64,000 nt of DNA, from the IMG/VR virus record IMGVR_UViG_3300044974_001280, positions 166,446 through 230,445 of that record; one strand, given 5' to 3'. Below, piece after piece: positions 1 through 8,545 of the stretch (the stretch's first letter is position 1; each line of letters starts with the position of its first letter). A model generated the notes under the pieces. The model did no database searches and was not told the origin of the DNA. It was given only the letters and a program-made list of their open reading frames with translations. A program made the translations under genes and the position numbers.

Positions 1-2347
1 GTGCAATTGACGGATGAGGAGTTATTCTTCGGACCGGTTCTGCATCTGGATCAAAATCCTCATCCTCATCTTCATCCTCACTGGGTGTAGGTTTAGGAGT
101 AGGCTTAGGCTGTGGTTTAGGCGTAGGTTTAGGCAGTGGTTTAGGCAGTGGTTTAGGCAAAGGAGCTGGTTTTCCCTTTTCCTCTTCTTTCTCCCTTTCT
201 GTTTCCGCCTCGTCTAATCTATCGCTAAATTCTGAAAAACTATTGATTCTTCTAGGACTTGTAGATTCGAACAAAGAAAAACTTTTGTGGATTTTTCTGA
301 GTCTAGATTCAGATAACTCTGAAATTTTCTTTCCGTTAATGACTAACTCATCTGCCAAGGAATCGTAATCAATTTTGAGGTTGGATCCTTCCTCAATCTC
401 TTCCTCGATTATAAAATTGGCTAGAGGGTCCTTGATATATTTCTCCACTGCTCTTCTAAGGGGTCTAGCCCCATATTCAGGGTCAAATCCGTGTTTAAGT
501 AACAACTTGTAAACCGAAGTTCCCCAAGTCAGATTAATGTCTTGGGTATTTTTAATCCTATCTGCCACCTTCTCGAGCTCTTTTTCTGCAATCTTTTTTA
601 TTGATTCTTGGTCTATTGACTGAAAAATAACAATATCATCTATTCTATTAATAAATTCGGGCGAAAACTCTTTTTTGATCGCTGCATCGACTCTTGCTTT
701 GATTTCCTCAGGTGATTCTGCTCCAGTCTGTTTTGTTTCATCTTCTGGTTCATCTTTAACCAAAAAACCAATCGCTTTTCTGGGTTCCTTTGATTTAACC
801 TTTTTAGATCCTGTTTTTGATCCCACATTAGAAGTCATGATAATAACACAGTTTGTAAAGTCAACCGTTCTCCCTTGCCCGTCCGTCATCCTTCCATCTT
901 CTAGCACCCCTAGCAGGGATTGTATAACTTGAGGGTTTGCTTTTTCGATCTCATCTAGCAAAATTACCGAATAAGGGTTTCTTCTGACTTGCTCTGTTAG
1001 TTTGCCTCCTTCCGAATAACCTACATAACCGGGAGGTGATCCAAACAATTTAGATCCTGTATGAGCCTCCGAATATTCATTCATATCAATCCTAATCAAT
1101 TTAGATTCCCTAGATCCAAAAAGCTCCTCAGCCAATTTTTTCACCAAATAGGTTTTACCTGTCCCAGTAGGGCCCACGAATAAAAATACCCCTTCAGGTC
1201 TATTAGGGTCTTTAAGACCCGACCTGTTTCTTTTAATTGTTCTAACAACGGTCTCTACCGCCTCGTCTTGACCGATAACTTTTGATTTCAGTCTGCTTGA
1301 CATTCCTTTTAGGATTGCCTTACTGCCCTTTTTCATCGTTTCAACAGGAATCCCTGTTTTATCTGCCACTAGTTTTTCCACCATTTCTTTAGTGACGGTA
1401 ATTTTAGGTCCCATTTGACCTTTCGCAGCCATTTTTTCAAGCCGACTCTCTATCTTTTCTTTTTCATCTGATAGATCTGCAGCAGCATCATAGTCACCTT
1501 CTGCCGTCTTTTGCCTGATCCGGTCTAGGAGTTCTAAATTTTTCTTTTCTAGATTCGCAACCTCCGCATCCGGGGCATTTTTAATGCGAATTCGTGCACC
1601 GGATTCGTCCATCAAGTCGATAGCTTTATCTGGCAAAAATCGGTCTTTAATATACTGCTTAGATAGTTTATAAAAGGATTCTAAGGCTTCTGGTGAATAA
1701 TTAACATGATGCCAATCCCCATATTTTTCTTGGATTTCTCTAAGTATTTCCATGCATTCCTCGTAGGTAGGCTCTTCAACTTTGATCGGTTGAAATCTTC
1801 TTTCCATGGCTCCGTCTTTCTCAATAGTTTGACCATATTCACTATAAGTGGAACCACCGATCATATGAAGTTTGGCTTTAGCCAAAAAGGGTTTGAGTTC
1901 ATCGTAACTTGCTTTAGGTAGAGAATGGAGTTCGTCCACAAAAATAATCAAGTTATCTTCCTCAATTTCACGGGCCAAAAGGGGTAAATAACCTCCATTA
2001 ACTATTTTTTTAAATGCCCAGGTCAAATCTATTAACTTTTTCCCCTTTAAAAAACCGGGACATTTATCGCTTGCCATTAAAAGAGCAAGCTTATCCACAA
2101 TAGCGGTTTTTCCAACGCCCGGCTCTCCAACCAAAACTGGATTATCCTTGGTTTTCCTGGCCAGAATGCGAAGCAACTGTTCCAATTCCTTATCCCTTCC
2201 AATTACTTCATTTATCTCTCCCTCCTTCGCTGCTTTGGTCATATCCTCACCGTATGCTTGCCAAAGCTTTTCATCATCTGGGACTTTTAGTTCTTCCTCA
2301 GATTCGAATAATCTTAATTTTTTGTAATTCTTGGATATTCTTTTCAT
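1..2347 (-). CDS. clpC: ClpC-type AAA+ unfoldase lacking the Clp N-domain, with a long C-terminal extension (partial; open at the window edge)
   Basis: Manual translation from ATG 2347: GEPGVGKT, IIFVDELH, MERRFQ, RFLPDKAIDLMDE, UVR-like GDYDAAADL, GPTGTGKT, GSPPGYVGY, LLDEIEKA, AIGF loop, FSPEFINRID, YGARPLRR; then a PKP repeat with no stop before position 1. Confidence 0.93.
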   Translation of the reverse strand, partial: MKRISKNYKKLRLFESEEELKVPDDEKLWQAYGEDMTKAAKEGEINEVIGRDKELEQLLRILARKTKDNPVLVGEPGVGKTAIVDKLALLMASDKCPGFLKGKKLIDLTWAFKKIVNGGYLPLLAREIEEDNLIIFVDELHSLPKASYDELKPFLAKAKLHMIGGSTYSEYGQTIEKDGAMERRFQPIKVEEPTYEECMEILREIQEKYGDWHHVNYSPEALESFYKLSKQYIKDRFLPDKAIDLMDESGARIRIKNAPDAEVANLEKKNLELLDRIRQKTAEGDYDAAADLSDEKEKIESRLEKMAAKGQMGPKITVTKEMVEKLVADKTGIPVETMKKGSKAILKGMSSRLKSKVIGQDEAVETVVRTIKRNRSGLKDPNRPEGVFLFVGPTGTGKTYLVKKLAEELFGSRESKLIRIDMNEYSEAHTGSKLFGSPPGYVGYSEGGKLTEQVRRNPYSVILLDEIEKANPQVIQSLLGVLEDGRMTDGQGRTVDFTNCVIIMTSNVGSKTGSKKVKSKEPRKAIGFLVKDEPEDETKQTGAESPEEIKARVDAAIKKEFSPEFINRIDDIVIFQSIDQESIKKIAEKELEKVADRIKNTQDINLTWGTSVYKLLLKHGFDPEYGARPLRRAVEKYIKDPLANFIIEEEIEEGSNLKIDYDSLADELVINGKKISELSESRLRKIHKSFSLFESTSPRRINSFSEFSDRLDEAETEREKEEEKGKPAPLPKPLPKPLPKPTPKPQPKPTPKPTPSEDEDEDEDFDPDAEPVRRITPHPSIA
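80..170 (-). repeat. PKP(L/T/Q) coding repeat (Pro/Lys hinge) in the ClpC extension
   Basis: Repeated ggtttagg units translate on the minus strand as PAPLPKPLPKPLPKPTPKPQPKPTPKPTPS, followed by EDEDEDED. Confidence 0.85.
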
Positions 2348-2368
2348 AAATTTTTTTTACATTTGCAC

Positions 2369-2445
2369 TATATATTCATTCTCGTAAACGGTTCCGTTCC
2401 ATCTCAGAGAAAAATTCGGGGTTTTTTAGAATGATGAAATATATA
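2369..2445. promoter_or_regulatory. Divergent AATATATA (putative late) promoters for clpC and tmRNA
   Basis: AATATATA on minus (2369-2376) and plus (2438-2445); (G/A)ATATATA also at 6167, 6805, 16763, 22436, 58459, 59534, 60304 and 60266 (minus), always shortly upstream of a gene. Confidence 0.6.
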
Positions 2446-2451
2446 AAAAAT

Positions 2452-2891
2452 GGGGCTGAAAGGAATCGACTGGAGGCATAAGTTCTTTGACATGATGCAG
2501 GCGGTGCTAGCTTTGGAAGCACCTAAATATCCTAAGTACTTCTTAAATGGCGAAAATCCATTTTTTGCTTTGGCTGGACTAGGTTCAGCGGAGCCGGTTG
2601 AAGTTGCCTTGGCAGCCTAAACCTCGGGGGGTGACACCCAGGAACAGAAAGTCACGAGGGTGGGAAAAAGGGTTAACAGTACCACACAATCCGTCGATCC
2701 TCAGTAACCCTGCGGGCTCCGGTCCAATACCCTTCAGATCGCTGTAGGGATCGATGATGTGGATTATCTCCTATCACAGTCAAAAACTAGGAGGTAAAGA
2801 TTTGTCTGTTTAGAAAAATGGACTAAGCCTGTGAACGAGTTTCATGGAATTACCTAGCAGGACGGCGGTTCGAATCCGCCCAGCTCCACCA
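2452..2891 (+). ncRNA. ssrA: tmRNA
   Basis: 5' GGGGCTGAAAGGAATCGAC pairs with 3' CAGCTCC-ACCA (G3.U70); T-arm GGCGG-TTCGAAT-CCGCC; tag ORF 2549-2620 GENPFFALAGLGSAEPVEVALAA*. Confidence 0.95.
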
Positions 2892-2921
2892 AAAGTTTGT
2901 CGTAAGACAAACTTTTTTTTT
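2891..2921 (+). terminator. Rho-independent terminator
   Basis: AAAAGTTTGTC-GTAA-GACAAACTTTT plus T run. Confidence 0.85.
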
Positions 2922-2954
2922 GAAACTTTTGTGTAATTTCTTATAGAAATTCGA

Positions 2955-3401
2955 AAGGCGTAGTTCTGCTTCAAAAAAAATTAAAAATTATGGCAATACT
3001 TTATTTTCTTTTAGGTGCGCTTACCGTGGTGGTCTTGGTCACCGTGGCGGGTGTGTTTAAGATGAATTCGGATTTAGACCGAAAAATCAGAACCAAAATC
3101 TCCGACCACATCGAATCGGTCATGAAAGAGATTGAAATTACAAGGAACAATTTACACTCCGATGATTCTTACATCCACAATCGGATCGATGAAGTTCTCG
3201 ACGAAATCAATAAACGAGAAGAAGTCGGAATCAGATCGGGAAGAGAACAATTTGAATCTCTACAAAAGCAGTTGGATTCCAGATGCGATAAGCTCTGGGC
3301 TCAGGTGAATGCAAATTACGAGTTGAGCCAAATGAGGTTCAACGATATTTCAAACAAAAAAAATTCCCAGACAGAGGGATAAAATCGCAGAACTACGCCT
3401 T
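2955..3401. repeat. Perfect 15-bp inverted repeat bracketing ORF 2990-3382
   Basis: AAGGCGTAGTTCTGC (2955-2969) and GCAGAACTACGCCTT (3387-3401). Confidence 0.9.
2990..3382 (+). CDS. Membrane-anchored coiled-coil hypothetical protein
   Basis: N-terminal hydrophobic helix followed by a charged helical region. Confidence 0.75.
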   Translation: MAILYFLLGALTVVVLVTVAGVFKMNSDLDRKIRTKISDHIESVMKEIEITRNNLHSDDSYIHNRIDEVLDEINKREEVGIRSGREQFESLQKQLDSRCDKLWAQVNANYELSQMRFNDISNKKNSQTEG

Positions 3402-3413
3402 GAATTATTTATT

Positions 3414-4394
3414 ATGAATTATCCATTTAAAAAAATTTTCATTATAAATTGTTTTCCTTCTAGTGACTACCATTTACAAATTCTGAAAGAATGTATTGTC
3501 AGACTCAAGGGGCTTGACTACAAACTGATGGTTGTTTCACATTTACCTCTGCCCCTTGATGTGCAGAAGGAAATAGACTATTTTATTTATGATTCAGAAA
3601 ATCCACTCTTAGGATCCCATTCATTCAGTTGGTTTGCTAATTCTTTTATTAAGGCAACTCTGTGGAACATAGGTCACATGCTTGCTATCTGTAAAAATAT
3701 GGACACTAGTATTTCTGCCGCCCACCGAATGGGCTATGAGTATTTCTATTTTTTGGAATGTGACAATTTAATTTCTGAAAAAGATCTTTCTACTTTTGAT
3801 AATTTTCTGCAAGAAATGATTCATGCCGAAAAAAAAATGATCTTTCATAGATACCAATTTAACGAGGGTTACAATTATCACACTCTCTTGTTTGGAGGAA
3901 ATGCTGAATATTTTGTGCAGAAAATCAAATTACCCACAAATTATGATGCCTATCATGCCTTTAATATCACTGGTATTCTCGAAAGAGATTTTTATGAGCA
4001 TTTGGGTGTAAATGAATCTGATTTTTTGATTAAGGAATGTTACGAAGATGGTGCTATGGAAGGATTTAGAACTAGCGAGATGAATAGAATTTCCGCTATT
4101 GGGATAGTGTGTGAAGTCCTCCCATCTCAAACTGGCTACTATCTTTTTTTAATGAACAACACCTCAAGAGAAATAATATATTACGTCGGAGAGAATCAAA
4201 TTGTTCTTACACTTGGGGGTTATTGGTACTGCCCAGCCTCTGAAAAAATGGAAGTTCGAATCGTGGATGGCAAATATTCCTTAGAAAAAAGATTCGAATT
4301 GACCGAAGAGAACGAAAAGTTTTACAGTGCCAAAGGATTTTTAGAACTGTATGAGTTTGCAGATTTAAACGGCGGATATGGTTCTATCTATTAA
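3414..4394 (+). CDS. Putative glycosyltransferase-like protein (paralog of 9477 and 13607)
   Basis: VSHLPLP..DYFIYDSENP, YFLECD; lies in the sugar-modification cluster. Confidence 0.5.
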   Translation: MNYPFKKIFIINCFPSSDYHLQILKECIVRLKGLDYKLMVVSHLPLPLDVQKEIDYFIYDSENPLLGSHSFSWFANSFIKATLWNIGHMLAICKNMDTSISAAHRMGYEYFYFLECDNLISEKDLSTFDNFLQEMIHAEKKMIFHRYQFNEGYNYHTLLFGGNAEYFVQKIKLPTNYDAYHAFNITGILERDFYEHLGVNESDFLIKECYEDGAMEGFRTSEMNRISAIGIVCEVLPSQTGYYLFLMNNTSREIIYYVGENQIVLTLGGYWYCPASEKMEVRIVDGKYSLEKRFELTEENEKFYSAKGFLELYEFADLNGGYGSIY

Positions 4395-4408
4395 TTTAAT
4401 ATCTCTTC

Positions 4409-4615
4409 TTACAGGCCATTCAATCTGGAGATCTCCTGTTTTAGCTGCGAAACCACCAAAGTGTGATGCTCTTCTAATTTTTCCAGCTCTTTATTTAGAT
4501 CTTCTACATGAGCTTTTAACCGACCGAGAATTTCACTCTTTTTCTCAGGGTCTTGGTTCAGCTCCAGATCTAGAATTAAATTCTTGATCCGATTGGTCCA
4601 CTTGTTAACTTCCAT
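4409..4615 (-). CDS. Hypothetical coiled-coil protein
   Basis: Fills the gap between plus-strand genes; A-rich leader. Confidence 0.6.
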   Translation of the reverse strand: MEVNKWTNRIKNLILDLELNQDPEKKSEILGRLKAHVEDLNKELEKLEEHHTLVVSQLKQEISRLNGL

Positions 4616-4703
4616 TGTTTTTTTTTACAAATTTAAGAAATAATTCGAAATCATTTCTTTCTTTTTCATAAAAGGTCCATATTTAATTTGACTGACAAAT
4701 CTC

Positions 4704-5090
4704 TTGGAACCACCTATTATATATCATGTACCCTCCTGCGATGAGTGCAACATCCCTAAAGGATGGGGTCATGAGGTTGTCTTCGAAAATAACGAACTGT
4801 ATTGTGGAAAACTTCTATGTTTTAAGGGAGGAGCCAAATTTTCAATGCACTATCATTTGATCAAAGATGAAACTTGGTACGTAAAGGAAGGCACTTTTAT
4901 TTATCGGTATATAGACACCCGCAACGCAGAAGTGGTTGAAAAAAATTTAATAGAAGGTGATTCGGTCAGACAAATGCCCGGCCAACCACATCAACTGGAA
5001 GCAATAACGGATGGGATAATCTTCGAGGTTTCCACCCAACACTTTGACGAGGATTCTTATCGTGTTTGGAAAGGTGATTCACAAAAATAG
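4704..5090 (+). CDS. Cupin-domain protein (sugar isomerase-like)
   Basis: KGWGHE, YCGKLL, SMHYHLIKDETWYV, PGQPHQL, EVSTQH. Confidence 0.85.
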   Translation: MEPPIIYHVPSCDECNIPKGWGHEVVFENNELYCGKLLCFKGGAKFSMHYHLIKDETWYVKEGTFIYRYIDTRNAEVVEKNLIEGDSVRQMPGQPHQLEAITDGIIFEVSTQHFDEDSYRVWKGDSQK

Positions 5091-5107
5091 AAATTGAGTA
5101 GAGAAAA

Positions 5108-5893
5108 ATGAGCTCCGTTACCGTCATAATTCCAAATTACAACTTCTCTGAATTTCTTGATACGACTCTTTTTTCCGTTTTTTCGCAGATCACCAATTTC
5201 GACGTGCAAGTATTAGTGGGGGATGATTCTTCTCAAGATCAGAGCGCTGGTATTTTAACACGGTTCAAAAAATTTTACGGGCAGGACAAATTCGACTTTT
5301 TTATCAACACAGAAAATAAGGGAGAAGTAGAAACAGTTAAAAGATTACTTTCTAAAGCTAAAGGAAATTATATAGCCTATCTTGATGGTGATGACTATTG
5401 GATAGATCCTTATAAATTACAGAAACAATTTGATTTTCTTGAGAGTAATCCAGAATTTTCCGCGTCTTCTACCGGTTATTTAACTTTAGAAGGAGAGTAT
5501 GGATTTTGTCCACATCCAGAAGGAGATTTATTTTTTGGAGTTCCCGAAGAATTTATGGATAAAAATTTCACCTCCCCTGAATTTATTTCTACCGGCAGGA
5601 ACTGTGTATATGCATCCTCCCGTTTTTTTAGAAATTATGAGGATCTTTTTCAGCCTTACTTTTTCGAATTTCCGTATTCAGATTGGCCCATGAATTATGA
5701 ATTAAGCTTAAGGGGTAAGATTAACTACGATCATTACCCTAGCTACATTTATAGGAAACATTCGAATTCTTTAACTCATCCTAAAGAAATAGAAAAAGTG
5801 GATGAAACAAGTGAAAAAGAATGGCTTGATCAAAAGTCCCTGATTTTTACCAGGAGAAAAGAAGAATTTCAGAAAAATCAGAATAAACAATAG
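5108..5893 (+). CDS. Glycosyltransferase family 2
   Basis: VIIPNYN, GDDSSQD, YLDGDDYW. Confidence 0.9.
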   Translation: MSSVTVIIPNYNFSEFLDTTLFSVFSQITNFDVQVLVGDDSSQDQSAGILTRFKKFYGQDKFDFFINTENKGEVETVKRLLSKAKGNYIAYLDGDDYWIDPYKLQKQFDFLESNPEFSASSTGYLTLEGEYGFCPHPEGDLFFGVPEEFMDKNFTSPEFISTGRNCVYASSRFFRNYEDLFQPYFFEFPYSDWPMNYELSLRGKINYDHYPSYIYRKHSNSLTHPKEIEKVDETSEKEWLDQKSLIFTRRKEEFQKNQNKQ

Positions 5894-5898
5894 AATCA

Positions 5899-6147
5899 AT
5901 GGAGACGAAAAATCACATTATTAATTCTCTCAAAAAAAGGCATCAGCTTTACACTGGATTACACGATGAGCAAATTAAGAAAGATCACCTCTGGGTGCTG
6001 AACCATCCCTTAAAAGGCTCGGTTAAAAAAGAATGGACTGATTTTGGGGTAAATTTAATTATGGCTGAAATGGGCTTGGATCAGAGATCCGCCGAGATTG
6101 AGATGTCTTTCTTGGAGCAAGAGTACGAATCTTTAGCCTCTAGATAG
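5899..6147 (+). CDS. Hypothetical protein
   Basis: ORF in a co-directional run. Confidence 0.65.
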   Translation: METKNHIINSLKKRHQLYTGLHDEQIKKDHLWVLNHPLKGSVKKEWTDFGVNLIMAEMGLDQRSAEIEMSFLEQEYESLASR

Positions 6148-6190
6148 GTTCACGACACCCAGATTGGATATATAAAGGAAAAAATATCCA

Positions 6191-6778
6191 ATGCTATCAA
6201 GAATTTTACTTTTTGTCCTTTTTTTTCCTTTTTGTACATATTCACAAAGAGCATCTGTAGCGGTTAATGCGGGGGAATACTCTCTCGTTTACTCTGAAAT
6301 ATATCAGCAACCTCTAGAATTATCATACTCGGTCAGATGTACTGCGGCAAAGGAGAGCAGACAAGGATTGGATTTTTACCGGGTTGATTCCATCATTACC
6401 TCTGATCATGCGGATTACGAAAAGAATATCTGGGACAAAGGGCACCTAGCCCCGGCGGCTACTTTCAGTTGTTCTAAGGAGTCACTAGTAAGAACTTTCT
6501 CCTACCTCAACTGTGCTCTCCAACACCAAGATTTAAATCGGGGGGTTTGGAGAATTTTAGAGGCCAAAGAGAGACAATTGGTAGCAGAATTTCATCAGGT
6601 CGACGTTCTCATTAAACTAGATTTTTCAGGGTCTCCTGAAAAATTAAGTACGGGAGCAACAGTTCCAACTGGTTTTTGGAAAATCCTAACCATCGACAAG
6701 AAAGAAAAAATAACTTATTATTTTCCAAATCGTAAGCCGGCCTTTACAGATCCTAAAAAATTTCAAATAGCAAATTAA
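6191..6778 (+). CDS. Secreted DNA/RNA non-specific endonuclease (NucA/Serratia-like)
   Basis: Signal peptide; WDKGHLAPA, TFSYLNC..Q..LNRGVW..LE, VPTGFWK. Confidence 0.9.
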   Translation: MLSRILLFVLFFPFCTYSQRASVAVNAGEYSLVYSEIYQQPLELSYSVRCTAAKESRQGLDFYRVDSIITSDHADYEKNIWDKGHLAPAATFSCSKESLVRTFSYLNCALQHQDLNRGVWRILEAKERQLVAEFHQVDVLIKLDFSGSPEKLSTGATVPTGFWKILTIDKKEKITYYFPNRKPAFTDPKKFQIAN

Positions 6779-6843
6779 AAAATTTGAAACCTTGTTGGTG
6801 ATTCAATATATAAAGAAAGTTAAAACAAAAAACAAAAAAAACA

Positions 6844-7005
6844 ATGACAAAATCCCTGCTTACGCTCGCTCTCATTTCCATCCTAAGCTCCTGCGGTCCT
6901 GTAGTAGAAACTACAACTGATGAACCGGCAGTAGTTGAAGAAACCACTCCAGTTGACACTACAACAGAAGCTACCGCCCCTGTTGATACAGTTTCAGCTC
7001 AATAA
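6844..7005 (+). CDS. Small Thr/Glu-rich lipoprotein (53 aa, not in the ORF track)
   Basis: MTKSLLTLALISILSSC-GPVVETTTDEPAVVEETTPVDTTTEATAPVDTVSAQ; own promoter motif and terminator. Confidence 0.8.
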   Translation: MTKSLLTLALISILSSCGPVVETTTDEPAVVEETTPVDTTTEATAPVDTVSAQ

Positions 7006-7020
7006 GATTTCTTCTCTTCA

Positions 7021-7043
7021 ACCCAGCTTCGGCTGGGTTTTTT
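7021..7043 (+). terminator. Rho-independent terminator
   Basis: ACCCAGC-TTCG-GCTGGGT plus T run. Confidence 0.9.
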
Positions 7044-7068
7044 GTGATTAATTTACAAATTTGAACTT

Positions 7069-7701
7069 ATGCATAGATCAGAAGTGATCAATCAGATTAT
7101 CAGTACCAAAAAATTTAGCACCTACTTGGAGATAGGAGTAAGATGGCCTGAGGATTGTTACGATTTAATTCAATGCGAAGAGAAATCTGGGGTCGATCCA
7201 GGTCTAGAAAATCCTGAAAATCCGGTCAAGTATCCGTTTACCTCTGATGAATTTTTTTCCAGGCTAGAAAATAATCTGTTGGATTTACCTCCTGATTATG
7301 AGTGGGATCTTATTTTTATCGACGGATTACACCTTTCTTACCAGGTAGAAAAAGACATCTTAAATTCTTTGAATCACTTGACAGAAGAGGGAGTTATAGT
7401 TCTTCATGATTGTGATCCTTTTATGTATGAAGTAAATTACATTCGGGTCATCGAAGATTATCTTGGAGTAGCATGGAATGGAACAGTTTGGAAAACTATC
7501 TATAAGTTAAAGGCAACCAGGCCAGATCTGAATATTTGTACTGTTAATACCGACGAAGGTGTTGGACTGATCAAAAGGGAAAGCCAAGAGCTCGTTCCTT
7601 TCGATAACCCATATTTTGAGTATAAAATTTTCCAGCAAAATAGAACCAGAGATTTGAATTTAATTTCCCCTGAAAAAATATCTTCCTGGATTTTAGATTG
7701 A
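7069..7701 (+). CDS. Class I SAM methyltransferase (Methyltransf_24-like)
   Basis: YLEIGV, DLIFIDGLH, GVIVLHD, WNGTVWK. Confidence 0.85.
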   Translation: MHRSEVINQIISTKKFSTYLEIGVRWPEDCYDLIQCEEKSGVDPGLENPENPVKYPFTSDEFFSRLENNLLDLPPDYEWDLIFIDGLHLSYQVEKDILNSLNHLTEEGVIVLHDCDPFMYEVNYIRVIEDYLGVAWNGTVWKTIYKLKATRPDLNICTVNTDEGVGLIKRESQELVPFDNPYFEYKIFQQNRTRDLNLISPEKISSWILD

Positions 7702-7761
7702 AACTTAAAATCCATCGAAAACTAATTCAGATTAGGCCGTATAATTTGAAAATTCATCCCA

Positions 7762-8538
7762 TTGAAAACATTTCAAAAGCCCTCACAAGCCATCAAGTGG
7801 GCTAAGGAAAAATTGATCGATCACGGATATGTCGTACAGACCGAGAGATGGCAGGGTATACCTTCCCCTGACGACATGTGGGAAACCTTAAATACTTCTT
7901 TCTCTATGTTTGTCCCCCACACACTCGAAGAACTACGTGATGAGGTCAGACCTAATCTTCCCTGGGCGGACGATCATTTTGAAGAAAGAATCGGGGGCCA
8001 GCCGCTGAATCCACCTCCTTCTAACGAATGGTGGCCTTTCAACCAAAAGAAGAATTCCCAATTCAAAACAGAGGAGAAATTTTCTCACACTTATCCAGAA
8101 AGACTCTGGCCTAAATTTGCATCAGAAGAACCCAATTCGACCATGTTTGGCATTAGGTACAACTACGGTGACTTTGGTGATGTGATTGATTTGTTGGCAA
8201 GAGAACCTTTCACTAGACAGGCTTTTCTGCCCCTGTGGTTCCCGGAAGACACTGGATCTGTCCACGGGGAACGAGTTCCTTGTACAATCGGCTATCATTT
8301 TATGAGAAGAGCGGATTATCTACACATCGTGTATTACATCAGGTCCTGTGACTATCTCCGCCACTTTAGAGACGATATCTATATGGCTTGTCGGAAAGTT
8401 TTTTGGGTTCTAGAAAAATTGAGGGAAAGAAATCCCGAATCCTGGGGCGAGGTTAAACCTGGATTTTTTACCATGCACATCACTTCTTTGCATTGTTTCA
8501 ATAAGGAGAAAGAAGTTCTAAGACAAAATAATAAATAA
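7762..8538 (+). CDS. Thymidylate-synthase-fold enzyme, probable pyrimidine (dCMP-type) modifying enzyme
   Basis: TRQA, catalytic VPCT, RSCDYLRHFRDD (Asp where ThyA has the PFN Asn), SLHCF. Confidence 0.8.
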   Translation: MKTFQKPSQAIKWAKEKLIDHGYVVQTERWQGIPSPDDMWETLNTSFSMFVPHTLEELRDEVRPNLPWADDHFEERIGGQPLNPPPSNEWWPFNQKKNSQFKTEEKFSHTYPERLWPKFASEEPNSTMFGIRYNYGDFGDVIDLLAREPFTRQAFLPLWFPEDTGSVHGERVPCTIGYHFMRRADYLHIVYYIRSCDYLRHFRDDIYMACRKVFWVLEKLRERNPESWGEVKPGFFTMHITSLHCFNKEKEVLRQNNK

Positions 8539-8545
8539 AAAAATT

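Noticed and set aside
14-217. Plus-strand ORF with RQWF repeats
   Set aside because: It is the antisense reading of the PKP hinge of the minus-strand ClpC gene.
640-1921. Short track ORFs at 640, 675 and 1706
   Set aside because: Shadow or off-frame ORFs inside clpC, which the track missed because it has no stop in the window.
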